DNA of 64,000 nt, taken from assembly GCA_951406725.2 (NCBI GenBank), contig OX597824.1:90334001-90398000 (forward strand), read 5' to 3'. Below are positions 51,242 through 64,000 of this stretch, piece after piece; position 1 is the stretch's first letter; every line of letters begins with the position of its first letter. The notes under the pieces were generated by a model, which worked only from the letters and a program-made list of their open reading frames with translations, ran no database searches and was not told the DNA's origin. Source of the stretch: Octopus vulgaris (taxonomy: Eukaryota). Position numbers and translations under genes: made by a program.

Positions 51242-51703
51242 TTTAATCACAACGAAGAAGATTTTCACCACGGTGCACAAATCAGAATTCCTGCAGATGC
51301 AATAACCAATGATCGATGCAAAAACGCCAGGAGAAATACTTTATTAGAATTAAAATTATCAGCAATATCTGAATTTAGAAAAAAAAAAAAAAGGGATAAA
51401 ATACTGAATATAGCAAAAATCCTTTAAGGGTGTACATATTTTTGCAACTTTTGAAAATTAATATTTCGTTCTTATCTTTGAAGATGCTTATTGTTTTCTG
51501 TTCCAAATTTGTATAATGTTTGCATGTATAATATATTTTATTCTGTATAAATTTCATTTGATTTCCTTCGATATTATCAGAGTAAAGGCAATTTTACCGA
51601 AACTTTTTAGGGGTGTACATACTTCTGTGAGATACTGTGTGTATATATATATTCTTTAAATTCATTAAATTGCATAAACTTTTTCAGCTGTAAAGCTGTG
51701 GTC

Positions 51704-51734
<31 letters not shown>

Positions 51735-51839
51735 TAACTGTATATATATATATATATATATGTGTATATGCATAAAATGTAGCCATATATCTGTATATAT
51801 GCATATGTGTATATATACATGATTATGCATATATCTACT

Positions 51840-53530
51840 TGTTATTTTTGATCTCTTACATGCTGGGATACCGTCTTTAGTGTGAATGCTTTTCTTTCCG
51901 GAATGGTTTTTGGTGAAACAGTGAGCTGGGTAGAGCTGCTCTTCATGGTGTCTCTTGTCACGATGTGGGTTCATTCAAAATCTCAGATGAAATTTTGTCC
52001 AAATGTTCGTTGTAAACCTTCTCATCTCCATTTCTCAGGTTCCTGTTAAAAAGTTGTGGCCCCTTGAAACTCAAGCTGTTGCAGTATTGGATTCTTATTC
52101 TAGATGAAAAAGCCAGTGTGACCATCTCCGTCGATGTACATCGCAACTCGTCCGTGATTTCTTTCCCTTTTGTATGTTCAGAACGCAGCATACATCGGTG
52201 TGTGTATCTTCACCTTGCCTATATCTGCTGACAAACGTGTTTCTCTAAGTGCAATGCATGTGGCTTGATTGTAAGCAGAAAGATCCCACAGGGACGCAAT
52301 TTTGTTTTGCTGTTGCTTTGTAACAGACCTCTTACATTTACCAGTGGAATTGACCTGATGATTTCCTTTGCGCAGTGATGGCCATCTGTGTCTATTGTTC
52401 CTGATGATTTCCTTTGTGCAATGGTAGCCATCCTTGTTTCCATTGCGCAATGATGGCCATCCTGGGTCTATTGTTCCTGATTGGTTTCCTTCGCGCAATG
52501 GTGGTCATCCTGGTTTCCTTTCCGCAATGGTGGCCAGCCTGGGTCTATTGTTCCTGAAGGTTTCCTTTGCGCAATGGTGGCCATCCTGGGTCTATTGTTC
52601 GTGGTGGTCTTGTGTGCGTGTATGCATTGCTTAGTTTCGCCTGTGACCATGATGACAGCTGCACATTCTTTTGCATCAAACTTCAAAGAACTTTGTTGTT
52701 CCATTGTAGCAGTCCGCACTGCATCTGAATACAACATTTTACTGGTCTTCTTCACAGCAGCTGTATATTGGGTCATGGCCTTCACTGGATCTGATTGTAT
52801 TCTACTTTGCTGACTGAGTGTGTGTGCATATAGAGGGTAGTGGTATTTTCTACCATGAGTTCCATTATGCCTGAACGTTTGATGCTCAAAGCGGCAGTTC
52901 GTCTCCGACTCTACATGCTAGCAGACATAGTTTACGTAAAATTTGCAGGTGTCTCGTGCTTCATGTACTGTTTTCTGGTTTCCTTTTGTTTTAGCAGTTT
53001 AACCTTAAGTCCAGTTCCGTCAGCGTTTCGGCCGGTTACTTGTTCTTCACTGCTGCTCTGAGAGGCGGTGTGGCGGCTGCTTCTCTTGGAAGCTTTAGGT
53101 TCGTTTTTTAGTTTTTTCATCCCTGTGAATATCTTCGTTAATGGGTACGGTACAGAGATGGCTGCATTGTCGCTGTTGCCTTCTTTATTAAGCTTTTCGC
53201 AAAGGGCTTCACCATTGGTGCTGCTCTATGCGTCGGGCATCTCACTTGGAATTCCGCCATTTTTAAAAGTGGTATCCAGTTTATTTAAATATGATCTGAC
53301 GAGGTCGTAGAAACGGAATAATTCATTCTCCGCACTATTTGTGCCGCGGATCTCTTAAATTCGTTGCTTTCCAAGGCCGCTGCAAGAAGGTTGTTGGGTG
53401 AATCGTTTTCTGCTATGATCCATGTACGAAGAAACAATCCAGTTCCGGTACTCTTCCAGTTACTCGACATCTTAGCTGCACTACTTATCTCTTTCTTTGT
53501 CGTGTATGACTGCATGTGCGATTTGTTCAT
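51840..53530 (-). mobile_element. Internally deleted LINE relic (putative ORF1, APE N-terminus, ORF2 C-terminus)
   Basis: NVRGLLQSNSK...CIALRETRLSADI (APE motifs) close to YCNSLSFKGPQLFN...LDKISSEILNEPT (LINE ORF2 end); RT core absent. Confidence 0.65.
52355..52600. repeat. Degenerate ~45-bp tandem repeat inside the LINE relic
   Basis: TTTCCTTTGCGCAATGGTGGCCATCCTGGGTCTATTGTTCCTGA-like units. Confidence 0.8.
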
Positions 53531-53534
53531 GACT

Positions 53535-53579
<45 letters not shown>

Positions 53580-53768
53580 AGGAATGGTAGGAGATAAGAG
53601 AGGAGGAAGAGAGAAATATAAGTTGAGACAGAGATGGGAGTAAATGAAGGGGAGTGGGAAGAGCAGGCGGAGGGAAAGAAAGACACGAAATACTGAGCGA
53701 TTCTAATCGAAAGAGAGAGAGCTGCCATAATAGCAAAAAAGATTGTATGTATAAAGGTATATATATAT

Positions 53769-54158
53769 ATATAAGCGGGATCAGCCATCTGAATGTGGCT
53801 AGGGACAGGGCGGGGTGGTGGGGGTGTTACTGATGCATTTAGCCCCAGGCGACTATCGACGTCACCAGAAGAGCCGACACCATCACGGTGTCCTTGCTAG
53901 CCTGCAAAGGGAGATCAGCCTCACCGAAGATACGGATGCTACACACGGACCGGTTTCGAGGTATTTGCCTCTTCCGGTCCGTGTGTAGCATCCGTATCTT
54001 CGGTGAGGCTGATCTCCCTTTGCAGGCTAGCAAGGACACCGTGATGGTGTCGGCTCTTCTGGTGACGTCGATAGTCGCCTGGGGCTAAATGCACCAGTAA
54101 CACCCCCACCACCCCGCCCTGTCCCTAGCCACATTCAGATGGCTGATCCCGCTTATAT
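53769..54158. repeat. Near-perfect 390-bp fold-back palindrome centred on a hammerhead remnant
   Basis: 185-bp arms (53769-53953 / 53974-54158), one visible mismatch, 20-nt spacer. Confidence 0.95.
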
Positions 54159-54204
54159 TATAGAGCAGTTACTGTTTATACCTCGCTCAGAGATTTATTA
54201 TTGT

Positions 54205-54236
<32 letters not shown>

Positions 54237-54343
54237 AATACATACATACATTAAAGACGACAACAAACGTTAAGGCAAGGCAAACATCTCATATATACTT
54301 ACACGTACATATACGTACATATACACACACACACACATGTATA

Positions 54344-54405
<62 letters not shown>

Positions 54406-54739
54406 TGTAGCGAGTGTTAGAACGTGAAATTTTATTACCAAGTCAAGCAAAATTGTCTTCTTTTCATAAATATATGATCTTCAGTGAGAAATCACCGGTT
54501 TTACCTGTACCTGTACGGTAGGTGTTAACCGATAAGACATTGAGGTCCAGAAGCCATCTTGGATTAAGGCATGGATTTCAATATGATCCATTATGGCTAC
54601 CTGATGAATTTGGTATTCATAGTACTTAAAGTATCGTTAGAAGATTTCAATCGAATAAAATTAGTTACACTCTACATTTCGTATTGAGTACTACTTATTC
54701 TTTAAACAACATGCAAACGCACATATGTATATGCGTATG

Positions 54740-54801
<62 letters not shown>

Positions 54802-54818
54802 TCACACACGCATACACA

Positions 54819-55039
54819 GAGTAATCCCTCGCTATATCGCGGTTCACCTATCGCGGTTTATTATTTAAGCTTACGTCGATTCCTCCCTGGTGTTGTTTTG
54901 CATTTATGAAAAAAATATATATGCAAATAATAAAAATAATAAAAAAAATATACAGTACGCTATTGTTTCTACTTCGTGGATTTTCAGGTATCGCGGGGGG
55001 CTTTGGAACGTAAAAGCCGTGATAGACGAGGGATTACTG
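54819..55039. mobile_element. Tigger-like MITE
   Basis: TIR AGTAATCCCTCG / CGAGGGATTACTG. Confidence 0.75.
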
Positions 55040-55139
55040 TGTGTGTGTGTGTGTGTATATAAAACATGAGTATGTGTGTGAGATAAATATATGTTTTGTC
55101 TTTCTTTCTTTCTGTCTGTCTGTCTGTCTCTCTCTTTCG

Positions 55140-55183
<44 letters not shown>

Positions 55184-55199
55184 TTTATATCTACGTGTC

Positions 55200-55238
<39 letters not shown>

Positions 55239-55361
55239 GCATATATATAGGCATATGTGTATATATATATGTGTGTGTGTGTGTGCGTACCTGTATACAT
55301 GTATAAATTTATTTATAACATATACATGTATGAGTGCGTGTATGTACATATATGTCATATA

Positions 55362-55402
<41 letters not shown>

Positions 55403-56087
55403 CTTATATATATATAAACATACATGCACACAAACACGCACATATATTCATTCATACATAAAAATATTTGTACACACATATGCATATTCACATATAAATT
55501 TATACATAAGTATACAGACACACACACACACATATATATACATATACATACATACATACATATATATAAATATATGTATACATACATTTATATTTATACA
55601 CACATACACTAACATAAGCATAAATACATAGGTATGACCACAACGTAGACACACAGACACACACACATACATACACGCACGCACGCACCCACCCACTCAC
55701 CGAAACCCCCCACACATCCACACATACACACACCCACACCCACACACACACACGCCATACGCACGCCTTTTAAATATCGAACCAGTTCGGCACGACTTTC
55801 TCTAGCTAAAGGAACGTACCTAACCCCAAACAATTTACAACTAATATGCAACGACTTACCTTTTTCACCTTATTTCTAACGCATCCGCGGGCGGATGTTG
55901 ACAACGCCGTTTTAAATTATTTTTCCGCTGCTCTATACTAGTTGGGAGAGTTCTGTTGTTGCTGGTATCTCATGATTGCTGTAGCTGGAATCCCTTCCGC
56001 GCTACGAAGTTTGAAGTTGTGAACAAATTGAGTTAACCGATATAGGCACTATAATTTAATACACACACACACACACACACACGTACA

Positions 56088-56118
<31 letters not shown>

Positions 56119-56242
56119 GTACACATATATATGTATAGATGTATATATATTCATATATATATATACACACAAATATATATGTATATATGTGTCTATGTAT
56201 ATGTATATATATGTATATGAATATATATGTTGTATATGTCTA

Positions 56243-56311
<69 letters not shown>

Positions 56312-56389
56312 ACATATATGTACATATACTTATAAATGCGCATATATATATATATCATATATATAATATATATATATATCATATATAAT

Positions 56390-56420
<31 letters not shown>

Positions 56421-56427
56421 CATATAT

Positions 56428-56501
<74 letters not shown>

Positions 56502-57401
56502 CATACATGCATACATACATACAATCATACACATATATATATGTATGCACGTATATATGTGCGTATGTACTCATGTATGTATGTAGATCCATACATACAT
56601 TCGCTGGCGCTCACACTTACATATAAGCAAAACACCAAATGTGGAAGCAAAAAAGTTCAATATTTCCGTAGAGGTTACAGTTGTTTCGTAATTTACTCAG
56701 AGTTACCACATCACTATTGATGTAGATGTGTGTGTGCGTGCGTACGTGTGCATGCGTGCCTCTTTCTCACTCCCTCTCTGCACAACATCATTTTGTTATA
56801 CATACCACAATGGAAACCCTGCTGTTTATAGACACGGAAAGGTACATTCAACAGGAAGAGCTTCGATACAGTTTCCATCTACTCATTTGCACTCAAAAGA
56901 TATGTGTCAACCCGAAATTATAGAGGATGTCTTTCACCTAGTGTGGGCTTTTTAATCCTTTGACCTTAATGTAGGCAGACATGGTTTATACTGTTCAGTG
57001 TGTCCCAGATTATTATTATTGTTTCAATTAATTTTGAAAATCAGTATTTATTGATATATCGGTGTCATGATTAAGCTGGTGTTTGGGCTATAAAACAACA
57101 TGGAATTTTTGTTGAAAGGTTTCATTTTCTTTTTTTTATCAGTTTACGCATTTCGTTATTATATTCCTGTTGAGATATTGAGACTTTGTTGGAATTAGTT
57201 TTGAAAATAATTAAAAATTTATTGAAATGATTTTGTCATTAATAAACCGGGGTTTGAATCATGAAGAAACATGCTTTTGTGACAATTAATGTAGAAAATA
57301 ATGAAAAATTCATTGAAATAATTTTGTTATTATTAAGCAGGAGTTTGAACCACAAACTAGCACAGAATGTTGATGGAATATTTTAATTTAGATCACTTCA
57401 A

Positions 57402-58006
57402 AGGCGGTGAGCTGGCAGAAACGTAAGCACGCCGGGCGAAATTCGTAGCGGTGTTTCGTCTGCCGTTACGTTCTGAGTTCAAATTCCGTCGAGGTCGACT
57501 TTGCCTTTCATCCTTTCGGGGTCGATTAAATAAGTACTAGTTACGCACTGGGGTCGATATAATCGACTTAATCCGTTTGTCTGTCCTTGTTTGTCCCTTC
57601 TGTGTTTAGCCCCTTGTGGGTAGTAAAGAAATAGGTATTTCGTCTACCGCTACGTTCTGAGATCAAATTCTGCCGAGGTCGACTTTGCATTTCATCCTCT
57701 CGGGGTTGATAAATTAAGTATCAGTTGTGTACTGGGGTCGATCTAATCGACTGGTTCCCTCCCCAAAAATTTCGGGTCTTGTGCCTAGATTAGAAAAGAA
57801 TATTTTAAGGCGGAGAGCTGGGAGAAACCTTAGCACATCGGGTGAAATGCTTAGCGCTATTTCGCCTCCCTACGTTCTGAGTTCAAATTCCGCGCAGGTC
57901 GACTTTGCCTTTCATCCTCTCGTGGTCGATAAATTAAGTACCAGTTGCGTACTGGGGTCGATTGGCTCCTTCCTCAAAATTTCGGGCCTTGTGCCTAGAA
58001 TAGAAA
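57402..58006 (+). mobile_element. SINE family A multimer/cluster
   Basis: GGCGGTGAGCTGGCAGAAACG head, body, second body with an alternative tail, then another head and body. Confidence 0.88.
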
Positions 58007-58348
58007 ATAATTTAGATCACTTCTAAAGAGGGAATTTGTATCATAGCACCAGAAGCGGTCTCAGACTGACTGGTTTAAGGAAGCTGGCTTGATAACTTGT
58101 TTCAAGAAGGAAATTTCATATTGTTCATCTCCATGCTAGAATTAATAGTCAAATCACCCCCTCGAGTCATCTTCAGTTATAAACTTTAAATTTTGAAGGA
58201 CATACTGGAATTAATGAAATACAGATGAGATGATCACGGCTGGAACATCATTGAGATCCTTGATGTTGATCTACTTGATCGGGATTGACCTGCAGTTTCG
58301 CTCCTCCCCTCCTCCTCCTCTTCTTCTTCTTCTCCCTTCTCCTCTCAT

Positions 58349-58412
<64 letters not shown>

Positions 58413-58569
58413 ACACACACACACACACACGTGACTGACGTCAGAAGCACCGTATTGGTTCGCTACTAAATAACTAACCAATATAATAGTTTGTTGCGAC
58501 CACGAAATTTAATTGTTGCAGTAATGAACTTATTTCTCACTTCAACGTCTTCGGCCATTTTTAATAAAT

Positions 58570-59200
58570 GGACATGTTTTTTGTTGATTATGATGGTGAT
58601 GATACCGTTGTTGTTATTGTTGCTACTGTTGTTGTTGTTGTTGGTGGTGGTATTATAGATGATGACGTCGGCGATGACGGTGAGAACATCAACAGCGAAG
58701 ACGACAATGATGATGATGATGCAGAAGAGGAAGTGAATGTGGATGATGATGATGAAGACGACGACGACGACGATGATGATGATGATGATGATGATAAGAA
58801 GAATGAACGTAATGTCGATGCTGAAGATGATGAGGATTACGTTGATGGCGATAAAGATGACAATGATAATGACGACGATGATGACGATGATGATAATGAC
58901 GATGATGACGATGATGACGATGATGACGATGATGACGATGATGATGACGATGATGATGATGATGATGACGACGATGATGACGATGACGAGGATGATGACG
59001 ATGATGATAATGACGATGATGATGATGATGACGATGATGACGATGATGATGATGATGATGACGATGATGTTGATGACCATAATGATGATGAAGATGACGT
59101 CGATGACGACGACAACGACGATGATGATGATGATGATGATGACGATGACGTTGATGATGATGATGATGACAACGACGATGATGATGATGATGAGGACGAA
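58570..59200. repeat. (GAT/GAC)n trinucleotide tract
   Basis: Directly visible. Confidence 0.95.
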
Positions 59201-59441
59201 GACATACATCTAGAGCATCACAAACACAAATATAATTATGGTAGTTATTATATACATCCTCTAGAGGCGGAGATAATTTTAATAAATAAAGAATGATGTT
59301 CAAATACTTACCACTGGACTCCATGAGTTATTTCTCTTGGCTCAATTTGTTTTCAAATTATGCAAATTACTTAAGTCATAAATTTACTCTTTGTTTTTGA
59401 ATATGTCTGAATCCCTCATCACTGGAGACAAATTTGGACGA

Positions 59442-59486
59442 TTGTGGAGCTGATGACGCTTATTGAGCTAGAAACACATTCCCATG
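59442..59486 (+). ncRNA. Decayed hammerhead motif
   Basis: UUGUGGAG-CUGAUGA-C-GCU(uauug)AGC-UA-GAA-ACACAU-U-CCCAUGA. ACACAU is what CpG decay of ACGCGU would give. Confidence 0.4.
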
Positions 59487-59789
59487 ACTATCCTCTTATA
59501 TTCTTCTCTTTAATCGCATGCAAACTTTGGAGAATTCATGATTCTTGAGATTATCTCCCCTTCTCATGTGGGGCTGATCTTATTCGTCATTTGATAATTA
59601 TGGTAACCTCTTAGAGGTGGATACAGCTTTAATTAATCAAGTATATAGGTTGCATAATATTTAGTATACCTGTATTTTTCTCTCCCCTTCTCCCTTCCCC
59701 TCTCTCTTCCCTTCTCTCCCCTTCTCTCTCCCTCTTCCTCTCCCTCTTTCTCTCTGTATATGTGTGTGAATGTATATATATATACAGAG

Positions 59790-59826
<37 letters not shown>

Positions 59827-60072
59827 GAAGGAGAGCGAGAAAGAGGAAGAGAGGGACAGAGCGAAAGAGACTGAGAGTGAAAGATGGATAATATACAGAT
59901 CTAAATCTAAATGCGCATGCATATAAATGTGCGTATATATATATATATATGTATACATACACACACGTGTGTGTATGTATGCGTATATATTTATATATAC
60001 GTATGCATACACATGCATATATATATATATATATATTATACATATGAAAATGTGCATATGTGTGTATATATA

Positions 60073-60123
<51 letters not shown>

Positions 60124-60669
60124 GTGAGTGTGTGTATATTGTGTGTGTGTGTGTGTGTGTATGCAGCAATGCATGAGTAGTTCCATATAAAAATTTGTTT
60201 ACACTAATAGAGAAAAATGATGGACATGCAGAGAAGGAGATGATTTGGTTGGTATAGAAGTTGGAAGCACGTGGGGAAGGGTAGGAGGAGATAACTAAAC
60301 GATAGGTGTGCGTGTGTGTGCATATGTGTGTATGTGTGTGTGTGTTAATGGCTGCATGCAGACTGGGTGTAGGGTGAGGAAGATAATTAGATTGCCTTAA
60401 ATCTAATGAGCTTAGTACCTTTTGTGGCCAATTAACGACCACAAACGCATATTGCATTAACTCAAATCAAGAAATTGCCAATGAGCGATGCAACGTAAAG
60501 TCTCTCAGAGCAAGGCATGAAGGCCACTCATGCTCAGATTTTGTTTTCGTCCGATTTGTGCATAGAATGCAATAAATCCAAATTTGGTTTCCTCCATCGG
60601 TTATAATGTGCTATGGCAGGGGAAAAAGTAACGGAATCACCAAATTTAGAGTAGCAGCTCGGATTAAAT

Positions 60670-60948
<279 letters not shown>

Positions 60949-61082
60949 GCTTGTTTCTCTGCCACATGGTTCTGGATGATGCAGTCCTGCTCCTTGGCAC
61001 TTTGGGCAATTGTCATCTACAATAGTCTAGGAGTCGGACAAAGCCTTGTAAGTGGATTTGGCAGACGGAAACTGGAAGAAAC

Positions 61083-61134
<52 letters not shown>

Positions 61135-61529
61135 ATATGTATGGATATTTGTATGTATGTATGTATGTATGTATGTATGTATGTATGTATATAAATATGT
61201 GTATGTGTGTGCGTGTGTATTTATGTATGTATATGTGTGTGCATGTGTGCGTACCCCACAACCGCTTGACAACCGGTGTTGGTGTGTTTACGTGCCCGTA
61301 ACTTAGCGGTTTGGCAAAAAAGACTGATTCAATAAATACCAGGCTTGAAAAAAAAAGAAAGAAAAAAAAACAAACTCTTGGATCAATTCATTCGACTGAA
61401 AATCCTTCAAGGCGGTGCCCCAACATGGCCACAGTCAAACGACGGAATAAAATAACCTGTAACTATTACCGCAAAGCTTCCGGCCGAACGCCCTTACAAT
61501 TCTTCTAGTCCACGGCCCTACTTTCTGTA

Positions 61530-61640
61530 GTTGCGGTAGCATTCACTCGGGGTGGGTTGATCTGGCTCCGACCCACGAGTTCACCACGTCCCTCACGAAT
61601 GCCGACCACGACCGTCGTTGGGCCCTAACGTTCCAGCAGG
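61530..61640 (-). mobile_element. RTE-like LINE 3' terminal fragment
   Basis: AQRRSWSAFVRDVVNSW...STHPE* resembles RTE C-termini; adjoining GC-rich 61640-62050 is unassigned. Confidence 0.4.
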
Positions 61641-62090
61641 CAAAATAATGTTTCTGCCTGCGGCCCCAAATATCCACCTTACAAATTTGACAAATGCCCC
61701 CACAGGGAGAACAGGCGCGTTGGATTGCGCAGACGCCGTAGCCGTAGCCATCGTTCGTCGTTGAGGTGTAGGGGTCGTGTTCGGAGTGTCGGTGCGGGTC
61801 CAAGTTCACATGTGGTCTCAGGTTACATGCAAACACTTTTGGGGACAGTGTGGTCCGTAGATGCTCATCTTGTCGTCGATCGCAGCAGCGGCAACAGCCG
61901 TCCAAGAATTTGGACCTGGAGATCTCCATCTCTAGCGACTTCGAGGGCCACCTCCCAGTGGTGTCGGGCATCAACGAAGAGCCATCGACTACAACAAGAC
62001 GACCAAAGTTTTTTTTCTTTTCAAGGTCTGGGGTCTCCCGCCCCTAAGCCCTAGACCATCACCTAATCACCCTTACCCGTCTTGTTGCTT

Positions 62091-62143
<53 letters not shown>

Positions 62144-62307
62144 CGAGCAGCGGCAACAACAATAGCAACAACAGCAAATTGTCCTCTTCATTCCTAGCAA
62201 ACTCACTCCCCTTCTCGTTCTCCTCCTCTCCTTTTACATCTTCATTTCTAGTGACGTGCTCTCTCTCCCTCTCTCTCTCTCTCTGACTGTCTGTCTGTCT
62301 CTGTTTC

Positions 62308-62344
<37 letters not shown>

Positions 62345-63519
62345 CCATCTCTCTCTCTCTCTATCAGCCTGTTGTTTGTCTGTCTGTCTCTCTTCCTCAG
62401 TTTTTCTCTCGTCTCTCTCAAATAAAATTTGTCATCAACTCAGCCTTACACAACACACACTTATACACTCACACACACACGCGCGCGCGCACACACACAC
62501 ACACGCGCGCGCGCGCACACACACACACGCACACACAAACATACATACACACACACTAACACTCTCATAAACGTACTCTGCTATTAATACACGCGCATAC
62601 ATATACAAATACACAAGTACACATGCACATACATATGCACACACATATGCACCACACGCTATCCCCGCTCAGCTACCACCACCGCAGCCTCCACCACCGC
62701 AGCCTCCACCCGCAGCCTCCACTACCACCACTACCGCTCAACACCACCGCTGCCGACACAGCCTCCACCACCACCGCTATCACCACCACCACTGTCGACA
62801 CAGTCTCCACCACCACCACCACCACCACCACCACCGCTGCCGTCACCTACTCCACCGCCGTCGCCGCCGTCACCACTCGACGACTCCCAAGAAAGCCAGA
62901 AACGTCAACCGGAAATTATTTAGAAAAATTGCGCATCGAAATTGTTTTAGCGACAGGAACAGGCAGAAAATTAGCTACAGAAGCAGCAACTATCCTCCTC
63001 CCCCTCTCCACCACCACCACCTCGGTCATCAACATTAACTTGCACAACCACCTACACCACCATCAGCAGCTGCAGCAGCATTAACATCATCATCTTCAGC
63101 ATCACTACTATATCCCCACCATCACCATCACCATCCCCGCTTCCACGACACTTAGAGCAGTGTAATAGTTTGTAGAAACTTGTGTTGATGAGTTTGGATT
63201 TGTAGGGACGTGTGTTGTCGTGTAGAGATAGATGTGTAGAGATGTGTGTTTTGTAGAGATTTGTAGAAATTGTTTTGCAAAGATTTGTAGAGTTGTGAGT
63301 TGTGTAGATATATTGTACAGATGCATGTTGGTATGTAGAGAATTGTTAGAGATATGCGTTCGTTTGTAGGGATTTGTAGAGATGCGCATTGGTGTGTGTA
63401 GGTTTGTAGAGATGTGTAGCATTTGTAGATAATTGTAGAGATGTGCGTGGGTGTGTATAAACTAGTATATATGCATGTTTGTGTGGATATTTGAAATGCC
63501 CGTTGCTGTTCAGAGATTT

Positions 63520-64000
63520 GTAGAATTTGTGTAGAGATTTGTAGAGATGCATGCTTGTGTGTAGAGATTTGTAGAAATGCATACTTGCGTGTAGAGATTT
63601 GTAGAGATGCATGCTTGCGTGTAGAGATTTGTAGAGATGCATGCTTGCGTGTAGAAATTTGTAGAGATGTATATTTGCGTGTAGAGATGTGTAGAGATGA
63701 ATGCTTGCGTGTAGATATTTCTAGAGATGCATATTTGCGTGTAGAGATTTGTAGAGATGTATGCTTGCGTGTAGAGATTTTTAGGGATGCATGCTTGCGT
63801 GTAGAGATTTGTAGAGATGTATGGTTGCGTGTAGAGTTTTGTAGAGATGCATGCTTGCGTGTAGAGATTTGTAGAGATGTATGCTTGCTTGTAGAGATTT
63901 GTAGGGATGCATGCTTGTGTGTAGAGATTTGTAGAGATGCATGCTTGCGTGTAGAGATTTGTAGAGATGCATGTTTGTGCATAGAGATTTGTAGAGATGT
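63520..64000. repeat. 30-bp minisatellite running off the window end
   Basis: Unit GTAGAGATTTGTAGAGATGCATGCTTGCGT. Confidence 0.95.

Larger units (their letters stand above)
49750..51637 (-). mobile_element. Tc1-family DNA transposon (DD34E, IR/DR-type ~235-bp TIRs), defective
   Basis: TIRs CAGTATCTCACAGAAGTATGTACACCCCT at both ends, with an inner repeat AAAAATATGTACAC; interrupted by a SINE. Confidence 0.95.

Noticed and set aside
53839-54088. Identical-start ORFs on both strands (also 19242/19348)
   Set aside because: By-product of the palindromes.
54601-54680. CTGATGA as a hammerhead core (also at ~22582 and ~26499 minus)
   Set aside because: No properly placed stem II plus GAAA plus stem I partner found.
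58568-59296. 242-aa Asp-rich ORF (superficially like a biomineralisation protein)
   Set aside because: (GAT)n tract open in several frames on both strands, with no signal peptide or splice support.
63152-63982. 276-aa HASLQISTRK-repeat ORF
   Set aside because: Simple translation of the 30-bp minisatellite; no independent evidence of coding.

Overview
Eukaryotic, very repeat-rich DNA. The SINE families and extreme microsatellite load resemble an octopus/coleoid cephalopod genome (inference from recall, not a database result). The only intact protein-coding gene is an intronless SOCS2/CISH-like gene (15105-15749, +), with STAT-type GAS sites and a TATA box upstream. The rest is tRNA-derived SINEs, MITEs (pogo/Tigger-, hAT-, Merlin- and piggyBac-like), a non-autonomous Helitron, a decayed IR/DR Tc1 element, mariner/maT relics, LINE fragments (CR1/L2-, RTE- and HERO-like) and micro/minisatellites. 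The main unexplained signal is about a dozen minimal type-I hammerhead-ribozyme (HHR) motifs, complete or partial, from several unrelated short repeat families. Two copies show compensatory stem covariation, one shows a U3-A8 core covariant, and one family has a Pol III tRNA-like head. Several large fold-back palindromes have their turning point inside or beside such a motif. This suggests non-autonomous, ribozyme-carrying retroelements of the Penelope-like/retrozyme type that generate inverted duplications. All calls were made by eye; no searches or folding programs were run.
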